A DNA stretch of 64,000 nucleotides from Anaeromyxobacteraceae bacterium (GCA_032654565.1 JAULAX010000015.1:1088001-1152000); one strand, 5' to 3'. Numbered from the stretch's first letter, positions 30,626 to 40,928 are shown. The notes: a model not told the origin generated them from the sequence alone. Numbers and translations are program-made.

Positions 30626-31525
30626 GTGACCGCCCTGCGCCCCCTCGGCACCACCGGCCTCCTCGTGCCCGTCCTCGGGCTGGGGGCCGGCCCGCTCGGC
30701 GACGCCCGGCTGCCTGAGGCGGAGGCCGAGCGGCTGCTCCACGGCGCCCTCGACCTCGGGGTGACGCTGGTGGACACCGCTCCGAGCTACGGGCTCTCCG
30801 AGGAGCGGATCGGCCGCCACCTGGCGGGGCGGCGCGCCGGGTTCGTGCTCTGCACCAAGGTGGGCTACGGCGTGGAGGGGGAGGCCGACTGGACCGGCGC
30901 CTGCGTGCGGCGCGGCGTCGACCAGGCCCTGCGCCGGCTGCGCACCGACGTCATCGACGTGGTGCTGCTCCACTCCTGCGGGCCGGAGCTGGTGCGCGAC
31001 GAGCCGATCCTGGCGGCGCTCGACGAGGCGCAGCGGGCCGGCAAGCTGCGGGTGGCCGGGTACTCGGGCGAGGGCGAGGCGCTGGCGGCGGCGCTGGCCT
31101 CGGGCCGCTTCGGGGCGGTGGAGTGCTCGGTCAACCTGTGCGACCAGCGCGGCCTCGACGAGGCGCTGCCGACGGCCGGGGCGCGGGGGCTCGGCGTGCT
31201 GGCCAAGCGGGCGCTGGCCAACTCGCCCTGGCGCCACGCCGGGCGGCCGGTGGGGCAGTACGTCGAGCCCTACTGGGAGCGCTGGCAGGCCATGGGGCTC
31301 GAGGCGGCGGGGCCGGAGACCGCCGGGCTCACCTGGGACGAGCTGGCGCTCCGCTTCGCGGCCTGGGCGCCGGGCGTCGCCTGCGCGCTGGTCGGGACCG
31401 GCAGCCTCGACCACCTGCGCCGGAACGTGGCGCTGGCGGCGCGCGGACCGCTTCCGGCCGGGCAGGTGGAGGCGCTCCGCGCCCACTTCAGGGCGCACGA
31501 CCAGGGGTGGGTGGGGCAGGTGTGA
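30626..31525 (+). CDS. aldo/keto reductase
   Basis: DTAPSYG, TKVG, RLRTDVID.VLLH. Confidence 0.88.
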   Translation: MTALRPLGTTGLLVPVLGLGAGPLGDARLPEAEAERLLHGALDLGVTLVDTAPSYGLSEERIGRHLAGRRAGFVLCTKVGYGVEGEADWTGACVRRGVDQALRRLRTDVIDVVLLHSCGPELVRDEPILAALDEAQRAGKLRVAGYSGEGEALAAALASGRFGAVECSVNLCDQRGLDEALPTAGARGLGVLAKRALANSPWRHAGRPVGQYVEPYWERWQAMGLEAAGPETAGLTWDELALRFAAWAPGVACALVGTGSLDHLRRNVALAARGPLPAGQVEALRAHFRAHDQGWVGQV

Positions 31526-31530
31526 CGGGC

Positions 31531-32031
31531 TCAGCCGGCGGCGGCGGCGGACGGCTCGATGGTGACGCGGACCAGCTTCCCCTCCCGCGCCGTCGAGACC
31601 AGCAGGGACAGCGACCGGTCGCTGCGCTTGAGCGTGGCCGGGACGCGGTCCAGCCCCTCACCGGTCCGGTGGGTCTGCATCACCGAGTTGCGGATGGTGC
31701 AGGTGGAGCAGTGCACGGTCCTGCCGCAGCCCTCGGGGAGCCGGGAGTGGGCGCACTCCATGGCCTCGCCGCCGAGGAGACCCACCAGCTCGGCGGGTGG
31801 GCGGCCGAACAGGTCGGAGGCGGGCTGGTTGACGGCCACCAGCCGCATGGCGTCCTCGACCATGATCACCGGGAAGGCGAAGCGCTCCAGGTACTCGCCC
31901 CAGGTCATGCCCTTCCACTGGGCGCCGAAGTAGTCGCCGCAGGGCGGGCACATCCCGTGGGAGACGCTGCCGTCGGAGAGCGGCGGCTTGTTCCCCATGT
32001 CCTTGCGACAGTACGAGCAGATGACGCGCAT
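31531..32031 (-). CDS. Cys-rich hypothetical protein with PAS-like fold
   Basis: CSYC...HGMCPPC and ECAH...GCG...HCSTC clusters. Confidence 0.7.
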   Translation of the reverse strand: MRVICSYCRKDMGNKPPLSDGSVSHGMCPPCGDYFGAQWKGMTWGEYLERFAFPVIMVEDAMRLVAVNQPASDLFGRPPAELVGLLGGEAMECAHSRLPEGCGRTVHCSTCTIRNSVMQTHRTGEGLDRVPATLKRSDRSLSLLVSTAREGKLVRVTIEPSAAAAG

Positions 32032-32053
32032 CGGAGCCTCCCACCAGGCGCCC

Positions 32054-32896
32054 TCAGCCTAGCGTCGCCGCGCCCGGAGTGGCACCGCCCTCGAAGGGGT
32101 GCGCCTCGAGAAAGTCGACGGCCAGGCGGGTGGCCTCGGCGGCGGTGCGGGTGCTGGCGTGCGGGCAGTGGCCGGCGTCCACCAGGGCCACCTGCGCCGA
32201 GGGGAGGGCCCGCCGCGCCGCCTCGAGCTCGCCCGGCTCGGTGCGCGGGTCCCGGGTGCCGTGCAGGAAGAGGGTGGGGGCCACCACCTGGCCGAGGCGC
32301 CCCTGGTAGACGTCCGGCTGGCCGGCCCGGCCGGCCGCGATGATGGAGAGCCAGGCCCGGCCCCCGGCGCCGACCACCTCTCGCCAGGCCTCGCCGTGGT
32401 CGCGGCGGAGCGCCTCCACCACCGCCGGGCCGAACCGCTCGGGCGCCGCGATGGCGGTCTTGAAGAACTCCTCCGACGAGGGCTTGAAGGCGAAGAAGTG
32501 GAGCGCCTCCAGCACCAGGGCGCGGACCCGGGTGGGGGCGAGGAAGCCGATCCAGGCGGCGACGACGGCGCCGTCGCTGTGGCCCCAGAATGCGGCCTGC
32601 TCGACGCCGAGCGCGTCCATCACCAGCAGCGTCTCCTCGGCCATGGCGCGGTGGAAGCCGTGGGGCAGGTCGACGAGCCGCCCCGAGCCGCCGTAGCCGG
32701 TCCGGTCCGGGGCGATCACCCGGTGGCGCGCGGCCACCGCGCCGACGTCGTAGGGGTAGGCCTCCCAGCCCCAGCCGCCGTGCAGGAGCACCACCGCCGG
32801 GCCGGCGCCGGCCTCGCGGACCAGGATGCGGGCCGGGCCACCCGCGGGGGCCAGCGGCGAGGTGGGGAGGGTGAGGTGGCGCGTCGAGGGGGTCAC
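32054..32896 (-). CDS. alpha/beta hydrolase
   Basis: LLHGG, DRTGYGGS, GHSDG, AGHCPH. Confidence 0.88.
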   Translation of the reverse strand: MTPSTRHLTLPTSPLAPAGGPARILVREAGAGPAVVLLHGGWGWEAYPYDVGAVAARHRVIAPDRTGYGGSGRLVDLPHGFHRAMAEETLLVMDALGVEQAAFWGHSDGAVVAAWIGFLAPTRVRALVLEALHFFAFKPSSEEFFKTAIAAPERFGPAVVEALRRDHGEAWREVVGAGGRAWLSIIAAGRAGQPDVYQGRLGQVVAPTLFLHGTRDPRTEPGELEAARRALPSAQVALVDAGHCPHASTRTAAEATRLAVDFLEAHPFEGGATPGAATLG

Positions 32897-32962
32897 GCAC
32901 CAGATGTACCGCAGACGGGCGGCCGACGCCGCAGCCGGGATCGGGCCGCGCGAGCGGCGCCG

Positions 32963-33988
32963 TCAGGCCACCCCGGTGCTCCGCCCGGCGAGCCGCCCGG
33001 CCGCCAGCACCGCCTGGGCCACCGCGCCGAGCTCCTTCACCCCCTGGATGAAGGCCCCCGGGCCGTGGAAGGCCTCGTTGACCCGGCGTCCCACCTCGGC
33101 CTCGTCGAGCGGCGCGCCGTCGAGGGCGGCCTCCAGCACCGCCACCGTGGTGGCCGGGGCGATGAAGTCGCCGCGGAGGCGGGGACCGGCCAGCCGGCCC
33201 GCGGCCAGGGCGGTGAGCACCTCGAGCGAGCCGATGGGGATCGGCACAAGGCCGCTGGCCGAGAGCCCGGCCTCGTCCTCCTCGGAGAGCGGCAGCTCGG
33301 CCTCGGGGAGCGCGCCCGCCACCGGCTCCGGCTCCCCGTCGGCGGGTCCGGTCCAGCCGGACATCAGCGCCACCGCGACCTGGTCGAAGTCGAGCGCCCG
33401 GCCGGCCAGCTCCGCCACCGTGACCGGGGTCGGGCCGCCGGCCGCGGGATCGGCGGCGGACCTGGCGCGCAGCACCGCCGAGGGCGGCTCGAGGGGGCGG
33501 GACAGGGAGAGGAAGGACTCGAGCGCGACGGCGCCGTCCGGCGTCCCCTCCTGCGAGACCGCCGCCAGCTGAAGACCACCGGCCGAGACGAAGTCACGGC
33601 CGAACCAGGCGGCCTGGCGCGCGCCCAGGCTGCGCAGCGCCGCCAGCAGCCCGCGCACGTACCGGTTGGTGGTCCGCTCGGGCGGGAACGGCGCGGCCCC
33701 CAGCGCCGCCCCGGGGGACGTGTAGAGGAAGAGGCCGACCGTGCCGTCGCCCACCAGCAGGGTGCGCCCGCCGCCGGCGCGGCGCAGCGGGGCGAGGTCG
33801 AGCGAGCGGGCCGCGGCCAGGTCGACGACGCTGGCCGCACGCTGGTGGCGCCCCAGCAGGAGGGCCGGCGAGGCGAAGTCGGCGATCACCAGGATGGGCG
33901 CCGGGTGGCCTCGCGAGAGCAGGCCGGCCTCGACGCGGACGAAGCGCGCCGGCTCGCAGCGCGCCAGGATGGCCACCTGGAGGGTCAC
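32963..33988 (-). CDS. lipoate-protein ligase-like protein (degenerate)
   Basis: LLLGRHQ, RRAGGG, C-terminal LRGDF; GTGA overlap with the GST stop. Confidence 0.65.
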   Translation of the reverse strand: MTLQVAILARCEPARFVRVEAGLLSRGHPAPILVIADFASPALLLGRHQRAASVVDLAAARSLDLAPLRRAGGGRTLLVGDGTVGLFLYTSPGAALGAAPFPPERTTNRYVRGLLAALRSLGARQAAWFGRDFVSAGGLQLAAVSQEGTPDGAVALESFLSLSRPLEPPSAVLRARSAADPAAGGPTPVTVAELAGRALDFDQVAVALMSGWTGPADGEPEPVAGALPEAELPLSEEDEAGLSASGLVPIPIGSLEVLTALAAGRLAGPRLRGDFIAPATTVAVLEAALDGAPLDEAEVGRRVNEAFHGPGAFIQGVKELGAVAQAVLAAGRLAGRSTGVA

Positions 33989-34593
33989 GGGGAGGTGGTG
34001 GCCCGCACGCTGGGGCGCGCCAGGACGGGGGTGGCCCAGGCGGCCAGGCCCCGGTGGGCGTCCCGCCAGCCCCGCTCCGGCTGGCGGAGGTCGAGGTAGA
34101 GGAGCGCGCTCACCAGCGCCAGGTCGGCGAGCGTCAGGCCGTCGCCCTCGCACCAGCGCCGCGACCCCAGCTGCCGCTCGGCCAGCGCCAGCGCCCGGGT
34201 GATGGCGGCGTCGTGCAGGGCGAGCGTGGGCGGGTCCTGGCGCTCGGCGGGGCGCAGCGACTCCAGGCGGGTGAGCACCGCCGCGTCCATCACGCCGTCG
34301 GCCAGCGCCTCCCAGCGCCGCACCCGCAGCCGGGCCAGCGGGTCGGCGCGGGGGATGAGGACCGGGGTGGCGTTGAGGGTGTCGAGGTACTCGCAGATCA
34401 CCGGCGAGTCGTAGACCGCGGTGCCGTCGTCGAGCAGCAGCGTGGGGACGCGCCCCAGCGGGTTGTGCTGAGGCACCGGGCTGCCCGGCTCGCGCGGCGG
34501 GGAGACCACGTAGTCGTGGGTGAGCCCCTTCTCGAGGAGGACCAGGCGGACCTTGCGGGTGTAGGGGCTGGTGTCGGAGCCGAGCAGCTTCAT
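33985..34593 (-). CDS. glutathione S-transferase
   Basis: SPYTRKV, NPLGRVPTL, DSPVICEYLD, TLADLA. Confidence 0.92.
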   Translation of the reverse strand: MKLLGSDTSPYTRKVRLVLLEKGLTHDYVVSPPREPGSPVPQHNPLGRVPTLLLDDGTAVYDSPVICEYLDTLNATPVLIPRADPLARLRVRRWEALADGVMDAAVLTRLESLRPAERQDPPTLALHDAAITRALALAERQLGSRRWCEGDGLTLADLALVSALLYLDLRQPERGWRDAHRGLAAWATPVLARPSVRATTSP

Positions 34594-34606
34594 CGGGTCA
34601 TTCCTC

Positions 34607-34636
34607 TGGCCGTGCGTGGCCGTGCGTGGCCGTGCG
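34607..34636. repeat. three 10-bp tandem repeats in the divergent GST/AKR intergenic region
   Basis: TGGCCGTGCG x3. Confidence 0.75.
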
Positions 34637-34691
34637 GCGACGGAGCGGGCCCGCACCCCAGGGGATATACAGTGGAGGGGCGGGAGGTTCC

Positions 34692-35654
34692 ATGAGAACA
34701 CGGCGGCTCGGTGGGTTGGAGGTGGGAGCCATGGGGCTCGGGTGCATGGGCATGACCCATGGCTACGTGCGCCCGGAGGACGTGGACGAGCCGGAGGGGA
34801 TCGCCACCATCCAGCGGGCCCTCGACCGGGGGGTCACGCTCATCGACACGGCGGAGGTCTACGGGCCCTTCACCAACGAGGTGCTGGTCGGCAAGGCGAT
34901 CCGGGGGCGGCGGTCGCAGGTGGTGCTGGCGACCAAGTTCGGCATCCTCGGCGCCCCCGATGGGAGCCCGGCCAACGCCCGGCGCGTGGCCGAGGCCTCG
35001 CTGCACCGCGTCGGCGCCGAGGTCATCGACCTCTACTACCTCCACCGGCTGGATCCGAAGGTGCCCGTCGAGGAGTCGGTGGGCGGGATGAAGCGGCTGG
35101 TGGAGGACGGGCTGGTGCGGTTCCTCGGCCTCTCCGAGGTCGGGCCCGAGACCCTGCGGCGCGCCCACCGGGTCCACCCCATCGCCGCGCTGCAGAGCGA
35201 GTACTCGGTCTTCGAGCGGGGCGTCGAGGAGCGGATCCTGCCGGCCTGCCGGGAGCTCGGCGTCGGCTTCGTCCCCTTCAGCCCGCTGGGGCGCGGCTTC
35301 CTGGCCGGCGCCTTCAAGGACGACCGCGAGCTCGCCGCCGGCGACTTCCGCCACAGCGTCCCGCGCTTCGCCCCGGAGAACGCGCTGGTCAACCAGGGGA
35401 TCCTCGGGACCCTCCGCGCCGTCGCGGCCCGCCGGAAGGCGACGCCGGCGCAGGTGGCGCTGGCCTGGGTGCTGGCCCGGGGGGAGGACGTGGTCCCCAT
35501 CCCCGGGACCCGGCGCCGGCAGCGGCTCGACGAGAACCTCGACGCGCTCGAGGTGGTCCTGGCTCCCGAGGACCTGGCCGAGCTGGAGCCGCTCGCCGCC
35601 CGGGTGGCCGGCGATCGCTACCTGCCCGCCCTGATGGCGACCGTTGAGCGGTAA
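34692..35654 (+). CDS. aldo/keto reductase
   Basis: GLGCMGM, DTAEVYG, IDLYYLHR, PIPGT. Confidence 0.92.
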   Translation: MRTRRLGGLEVGAMGLGCMGMTHGYVRPEDVDEPEGIATIQRALDRGVTLIDTAEVYGPFTNEVLVGKAIRGRRSQVVLATKFGILGAPDGSPANARRVAEASLHRVGAEVIDLYYLHRLDPKVPVEESVGGMKRLVEDGLVRFLGLSEVGPETLRRAHRVHPIAALQSEYSVFERGVEERILPACRELGVGFVPFSPLGRGFLAGAFKDDRELAAGDFRHSVPRFAPENALVNQGILGTLRAVAARRKATPAQVALAWVLARGEDVVPIPGTRRRQRLDENLDALEVVLAPEDLAELEPLAARVAGDRYLPALMATVER

Positions 35655-35690
35655 GGTCGCGCCGGTGAGCCACACGACGGGAGCCCCGAG

Positions 35691-36347
35691 ATGAAGGACC
35701 TGAACCCCGCGCCGTCGAAGCTGGTCGTCGTCGAGGCGCCGGCGACCTCGGCGCTCCAGAAGGTCTTCGACCTGGTGGTGAACGTCGACGCCGCCTCCAT
35801 CGGCGCCTACGTGGAGAAGCTGCGGGCGCAGAACCCGGGGATCACCGACGACGCCCTGGCGGCCCGGATCGTCTCCCGCAAGTCACTGAAGAACGGACTG
35901 GTCGGCGCCGCCACCGGCCTGGGCGGCCTGATCACGCTCCCCTTCAGCGTCCCGGCCGACGTCGCCATGTCCTGGCGGATCCAGGCCAGCATGACCCTGG
36001 CGGTGGCCCACGTCTACGGCCACACCCGGGCCTCCACTGACCTGAAGACCGACCTCTACCTGGTGCTGGCCGGCGACTCCGCCAAGGAGGCGCTCAAGCA
36101 GCTCGGCATCCAGGTGGGGAAGGCCCTCACCCGCGAGCTGGTGGAGCGGTACGTCACCCGCGAGGTGATGACCAGGGTCTGGATGGTGCTGGGGGAGCGA
36201 ATCATCACCAAGGCCGGCACCCGGTCGGTCACCAGCTTCATGAAGTGGGTGCCGCTGGTGGGGGCGCCCATCGGCTTCGCCTTCGACTGGACCGCCACCC
36301 GGGCGGTCGGCCACTTCGCCATCCGCTACTACAGCGGCCGGGCCTGA
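35691..36347 (+). CDS. EcsC-like family protein
   Basis: GAATGLGGLITLP...ADV, VPLVGA.IG. Confidence 0.7.
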   Translation: MKDLNPAPSKLVVVEAPATSALQKVFDLVVNVDAASIGAYVEKLRAQNPGITDDALAARIVSRKSLKNGLVGAATGLGGLITLPFSVPADVAMSWRIQASMTLAVAHVYGHTRASTDLKTDLYLVLAGDSAKEALKQLGIQVGKALTRELVERYVTREVMTRVWMVLGERIITKAGTRSVTSFMKWVPLVGAPIGFAFDWTATRAVGHFAIRYYSGRA

Positions 36348-36379
36348 GCCATGGCAGGGAACGGGGACGAGAGCGATCC

Positions 36380-36817
36380 ATGACCGATGCCGACCGCGAG
36401 ATCGTGAGCAGCGTCCTCCTCGACGCCACCCCGGAGCGGATCTACGACGCCTTCGCCGACCCGGCGTCGCTGGCCCGCTGGTGGGGGCCGGCCGGGTTCA
36501 CCACCACCTTCCACCAGTTCGAGTTCCGGCCCGGCGGGCGCTGGCGCTTCGACCTGCACGGTCCCGACGGGGCCACCTGGCCGAACGAGAGCGTCTTCGT
36601 CGAGCTGGTGCGCGGCGAGCGGATCGTCCTCGACCACCTGGGCGCTCACCCGTTCCGCCTGACCATCACCCTGACGGCGCGCGGCCGCCAGACCGAGATG
36701 GTCTGGCGGATGCGCCACGAGACGGCGGAGCAGTGCCAGCGGCTGCGGAGCGTCATCGTCCCGGCCAACGAGGAGAACTTCGACCGGCTGGGGCGGCTGC
36801 TCTTCCAGCAGGAGTGA
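36380..36817 (+). CDS. SRPBCC/AHSA1-like protein
   Basis: LARWWGP.GF, RPGGRW, HGPDG. Confidence 0.88.
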   Translation: MTDADREIVSSVLLDATPERIYDAFADPASLARWWGPAGFTTTFHQFEFRPGGRWRFDLHGPDGATWPNESVFVELVRGERIVLDHLGAHPFRLTITLTARGRQTEMVWRMRHETAEQCQRLRSVIVPANEENFDRLGRLLFQQE

Positions 36818-36914
36818 GCGCGAGCCCCCCCTCCGTCGTTCATCGGCGGGGCCAGGCGACCGGCCTGTCACACGGACCGGGCCTCCCGGACTCCATGTCC
36901 CAGGAGGCCACGCC

Positions 36915-37601
36915 ATGACCCGCTTCGCCCTCGTCGCCGTCGCTGCTCTCACCATCGCCAGGAGCGCTTCCGCACAGCAGGTGGAGGCCAGGGAGCGGGC
37001 CACGGAGGTGATCAAGGACGAGGACGTGCTCGCCCCCAACCTGTTCAAGGGCATCCAGGCCGTCGAGTGGACGGCCACGCTCGCGGGCGGGAGCTTCCAG
37101 AGCAGCCTGCCCAAGGACGGCGCCGAGTCCCTGGAGATGACCCTGGGAATCGGCTGGCGGAACTTCACCATGGGGTTGCGGGGCTCGATGGACTTCATGG
37201 GCAAGGCCTCCGGCTATGGCCTGGGGGTCACGCTGGGGCCGCGCCTCCACCTGGGGCGCGGGTTCCGGCTCGAGCTCCTGGCCGACCTCGGCCTGACCAC
37301 CTTCTCCGACGACTACGAGGCCGATGCACTCCTCGTCAGCAAGAAGACGGAGGGCAGCTCCAAGACGCTTCCCACGGTCGGGCTTCGTTCCGGCATCACC
37401 CTGGTCTCCGACTCCGGCCGCCACGCCATCACGCTCGGCGGCCTGGTCCGCCGGACCAACTCCGCCACCGTCGAATACCAGACGACCACCTGCCTGGTGA
37501 TGGGCGCCATCTGTGGAACCGAGACGCTCACGGCGACCTACGGCGGCACCATGGTCGGCGCCTACCTGACCTACACCCACCTCTGGCCCCGGGGTTCGTG
37601 A
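36915..37601 (+). CDS. secreted protein, probable outer-membrane beta-barrel
   Basis: signal peptide, alternating beta-strand pattern, AGGAGG RBS. Confidence 0.6.
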   Translation: MTRFALVAVAALTIARSASAQQVEARERATEVIKDEDVLAPNLFKGIQAVEWTATLAGGSFQSSLPKDGAESLEMTLGIGWRNFTMGLRGSMDFMGKASGYGLGVTLGPRLHLGRGFRLELLADLGLTTFSDDYEADALLVSKKTEGSSKTLPTVGLRSGITLVSDSGRHAITLGGLVRRTNSATVEYQTTTCLVMGAICGTETLTATYGGTMVGAYLTYTHLWPRGS

Positions 37602-37645
37602 GGGCCACGTCCACCGTCGCGGCGCCCCTGTTGTAGGGTGCGCCG

Positions 37646-40024
37646 GTGACCGAGGTGCGTGGGTTCATCGTCTCCGCCTGGGAGGAGCGCGGGCGTGGAG
37701 CGGCGGCGCGGCGCCTGCTGGCCACCGGGCGGCTCGAGGACGGACGCAGCTTCGCCCTGCTGCTGCCCGCCCCCGCGCCGGCGGTCCACGTCGCGGCGCC
37801 GGACGGCCCCCGCGCCCTCGGCCTGCTGGCCGGCTCCCACCAGGCCGCGCTCGAGGCGGCGCCGTGGTCCGACCTGGCCGGCGCGGCGCTGGCCCGCCTC
37901 GACCTGCACACCGGGTCCCCGGACGACGCCGTCCGCCGGCTCGCCGCCGCCGGCCTGGCGCCCCGCGGCCTCGACCGGGCCCGGGCCTCCGACGCCCTGC
38001 TGGCGCTGGGGCTCACCGGTCCGGTGGTCATCCGCGGCGAGGCGACGCCCGGCCGGCGCGTGGACCTGGTCTTCGTCGACCCGGCGCTGACGCCGTCTGC
38101 CACTGCGCCCCCACTCTCCTGGCTGGCCCTCGACATCGAGACCGACCGGGCCGGCACCGTCACCGCCGCCTCCCTGGCCGGTCCGAAGGGGCCGGGCGAG
38201 GTGCACTTCGTCGGGCCGCCGCTGCCGTCGTCGTCGGTCACCAGCCACGCCTCCGAGGCGGCGCTGCTCGCGGCGCTGGCCGAGCGGCTCCGGGCCCGCG
38301 ACCCGGACGTGGTCACCGGCTGGAACGTCATCGACTTCGACCTCAGGGTCCTTGCCGCCCGCTGCCAGGCGCACCGGCTCCCCTTCGACGTGGGGCGCAC
38401 CGCCGGCGACCTGACCGTGCGGAGCCGCCCCGGCGCCAGGCACGCCGCCGAGATCCCCGGGAGGGCGGTGCTCGACGCCATGCGGCTGATGCGCGCCTCG
38501 GGGCGGAAGCTCGACGACTACTCGCTCGACGGCGTGGCCCACGCCGTGCTGGGCGAGGGCAAGACGGTGCACCTGCGCGGCGAGGCCAAGCTGGACGAAC
38601 TGGACCGGCTGCGGCGCGACGAGCCGGAGCGCTTCTGCGCCTACTGCCTGCGCGACTCGGAGCTGGTGCTGGAGATCCTCGCCAAGACCGGCCTGGACGC
38701 GCTGACGGCGCGGCGGGCGGCCCTGACCGGCGTCTCGCTCGATCTCGCCTGGACCAGCATCCCGGCCTTCGAGCGGATCTACGGCACGGCGCTGCGGGCG
38801 CGGCGGGTGGTGCCGCCGGAGCCGAGCGACGCCGACGTCTCCGGGGCGGCCGGCGGCGTGGTGCTGGAGGCCGAGGCCGGGCTCTTCCCCAACGTGCTGG
38901 TCTTCGACTTCCGCAGCCTCTACCCGTCGCTGATGCGGACCTTCCACATCGACCCGCTGGCCCACGCCCGGGCCGAGGCGCGGCCGCAGCCCGGCGACCT
39001 CATCGCGCCCAACGGCGCCCGCTTCGACCGCGCCGAGGGGATCCTTCCGGCCATCCTCACCAGGTACGCGGTGGAGCGGGAGGCGGCCATCCAGGCCGGC
39101 GACGAGACCGCCGCCTACGTCTACAAGATCCTGCAGAACTCCTTCTACGGCGTGCTCGGCGCCCAGGGCTGTCGCTACGCCCGCACCGAGCTGGCCGGCG
39201 CCATCACCTCCTTCGGGCAGCTCTTCCTGCGGGCGGCGCGCGACTGGTTCGAGGAGCGCGGCCACCACGTCCTCTACGGCGACACCGACTCGGTCTTCCT
39301 GCTGTCGAACCTCGACGACGGCGCCGGCCACCAGGCGCTCTCCCGGCTCGGCGGGGGGCTGGCGGCCGACCTGAACCGCCACCTGGCGGAGCGGATCCGG
39401 CGCGAGTTCGACGTCGAGTCGCACCTGGTGATGCGCTGCGAGAAGGCCTACCGGAGGTTCTTCATCCCGCGGCTGCGCGGCGACTCGAGCCCGGACGGGC
39501 GGGGGCGCGGCAAGGGCTACGCCGGCCTGCTGCTCCAGGCCGACGGCACGGCGGAGGTGGAGGTGCGCGGCATGGAGGCGGTGCGGAGCGACTTCACGCC
39601 GCTGGCCCGCCGCTTCCAGGTGGAGCTGCTGCGGCGGCTCTTCGCCGGGAAGGGGGAGGCGGCGCTGCGGGGGTTCTGCCTGGAGGTGGCCGGCCAGCTG
39701 GCCCGCGGGGAGCTGGACGCCGAGCTCACCTACCGCAAGGCGCTCCGGCGGGCGGCCAGGGACTACGACTCGGCGACGCCGCAGGTGAGGGCGGCGCGGC
39801 TGCTCGGCTGGACCGACCGCCGCGGGCGCATCGACTACGTCATGACCCGCGCCGGCGCCGAGCCGATCGAGGCGCGCAGCGGCGCACCGCTCGACCACGC
39901 CCACTACCGGGACCGGCAGCTCCTGCCCATCGCCCAGTCGATCGCCTCGGCGCTCGGCTGGTCCGACGAGGGGTGGGTCGGCGAAGGGGGGCAGCTGGGC
40001 CTGTTCGGGCCGCGCCGGGGCTGA
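37646..40024 (+). CDS. polB: DNA polymerase II (family B)
   Basis: LDIETD exonuclease, DFRSLYPS, K..QNSFYG, YGDTDS, C-terminal QLGLF clamp-binding motif. Confidence 0.92.
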   Translation: MTEVRGFIVSAWEERGRGAAARRLLATGRLEDGRSFALLLPAPAPAVHVAAPDGPRALGLLAGSHQAALEAAPWSDLAGAALARLDLHTGSPDDAVRRLAAAGLAPRGLDRARASDALLALGLTGPVVIRGEATPGRRVDLVFVDPALTPSATAPPLSWLALDIETDRAGTVTAASLAGPKGPGEVHFVGPPLPSSSVTSHASEAALLAALAERLRARDPDVVTGWNVIDFDLRVLAARCQAHRLPFDVGRTAGDLTVRSRPGARHAAEIPGRAVLDAMRLMRASGRKLDDYSLDGVAHAVLGEGKTVHLRGEAKLDELDRLRRDEPERFCAYCLRDSELVLEILAKTGLDALTARRAALTGVSLDLAWTSIPAFERIYGTALRARRVVPPEPSDADVSGAAGGVVLEAEAGLFPNVLVFDFRSLYPSLMRTFHIDPLAHARAEARPQPGDLIAPNGARFDRAEGILPAILTRYAVEREAAIQAGDETAAYVYKILQNSFYGVLGAQGCRYARTELAGAITSFGQLFLRAARDWFEERGHHVLYGDTDSVFLLSNLDDGAGHQALSRLGGGLAADLNRHLAERIRREFDVESHLVMRCEKAYRRFFIPRLRGDSSPDGRGRGKGYAGLLLQADGTAEVEVRGMEAVRSDFTPLARRFQVELLRRLFAGKGEAALRGFCLEVAGQLARGELDAELTYRKALRRAARDYDSATPQVRAARLLGWTDRRGRIDYVMTRAGAEPIEARSGAPLDHAHYRDRQLLPIAQSIASALGWSDEGWVGEGGQLGLFGPRRG

Positions 40025-40046
40025 CCCGGCGGGCGGGCCCCTCGGC

Positions 40047-40928
40047 TCAGGGCTTCGCGGGCGGCTCCACCTGGCGCATCAGCCCCTCCTGCGCCACGCT
40101 GGCGACCAGGCGCCCGCCGCGATCGAAGACCTGGCCGCGGGACAGGCCACGCGCCCCCTGGGCCGAGGGCGACTCCATCGAGTAGAGGAGCCAGTCGTCG
40201 ATCCGCGCGGCGCGGTGGAACCAGAGGGCGTGGTCGAGCGACGCCACCATCATCGACGGCTGGTACCAGCTCCGGCCGTGCGGGCGCAGGGCGGTCCCCA
40301 TCAGCTGGTAGTCCGAGGCGTAGGCCAGCAGGCAGCGGTGGAGCCGCGGATCGTCCGGGACGCGATCGACGGCGCGGAACCAGATGGCGTGGCGTGGCTC
40401 CACCGGCGAGGGCAGGAGCGGGTTGCGCGGCACCACCGGCCGGAACTCGATGGCACCCGTCGCGCGTAGCGTCTCGGCGACCAGCGGCGGCACCGGGCCG
40501 GCCTCGGCGAGCCAGCGCTCCTTCAGCTCGGACATGGGCGTGAGCGCCTCCGGCGGCGGGACCTCGGGCATGGGCGCGGCGTGCTCCAGCCCCTCCTCGG
40601 GGAGCTGGAACGAGGCGATCATCGAGAGGATGGGGCGCCCGTGCTGGATGGCCTGCACGCGCCGGGCGGAGAAGGACCGCCCGTCCCGGACCCGCTCCAC
40701 CTGGTAGACGATGGGGGCGTCGGCGTCGCCGGGGAGCAGGAAGTAGGCGTGGAGCGAGTGGGGGACACGGTCCTCGATGGTCCGCTCGGCGGCGACCAGG
40801 GCCTGGCCGATCACCTGGCCGCCGAAGACGCGCGGTCCCCACAGGTCCTTCGACTGCCCGCGGAAGAGGTTGACCTCGAGCTGCTCGAGGTCGAGCTGGG
40901 ACAGCAGCGCGCTGAGGGTCTCGTTCAA
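40047..40928 (-). CDS. tesB: acyl-CoA thioesterase II
   Basis: VFGGQVIGQAL, HSLHAYFL, ASLDHALWFH, SVAQEGLMR. Confidence 0.93.
   Translation of the reverse strand: MNETLSALLSQLDLEQLEVNLFRGQSKDLWGPRVFGGQVIGQALVAAERTIEDRVPHSLHAYFLLPGDADAPIVYQVERVRDGRSFSARRVQAIQHGRPILSMIASFQLPEEGLEHAAPMPEVPPPEALTPMSELKERWLAEAGPVPPLVAETLRATGAIEFRPVVPRNPLLPSPVEPRHAIWFRAVDRVPDDPRLHRCLLAYASDYQLMGTALRPHGRSWYQPSMMVASLDHALWFHRAARIDDWLLYSMESPSAQGARGLSRGQVFDRGGRLVASVAQEGLMRQVEPPAKP

Noticed and set aside
37611..37645. PafBC-like motif upstream of polB (and of 59535)
   Set aside because: The CGTC hexamer is 13 nt, not 10 nt, from the -10-like box
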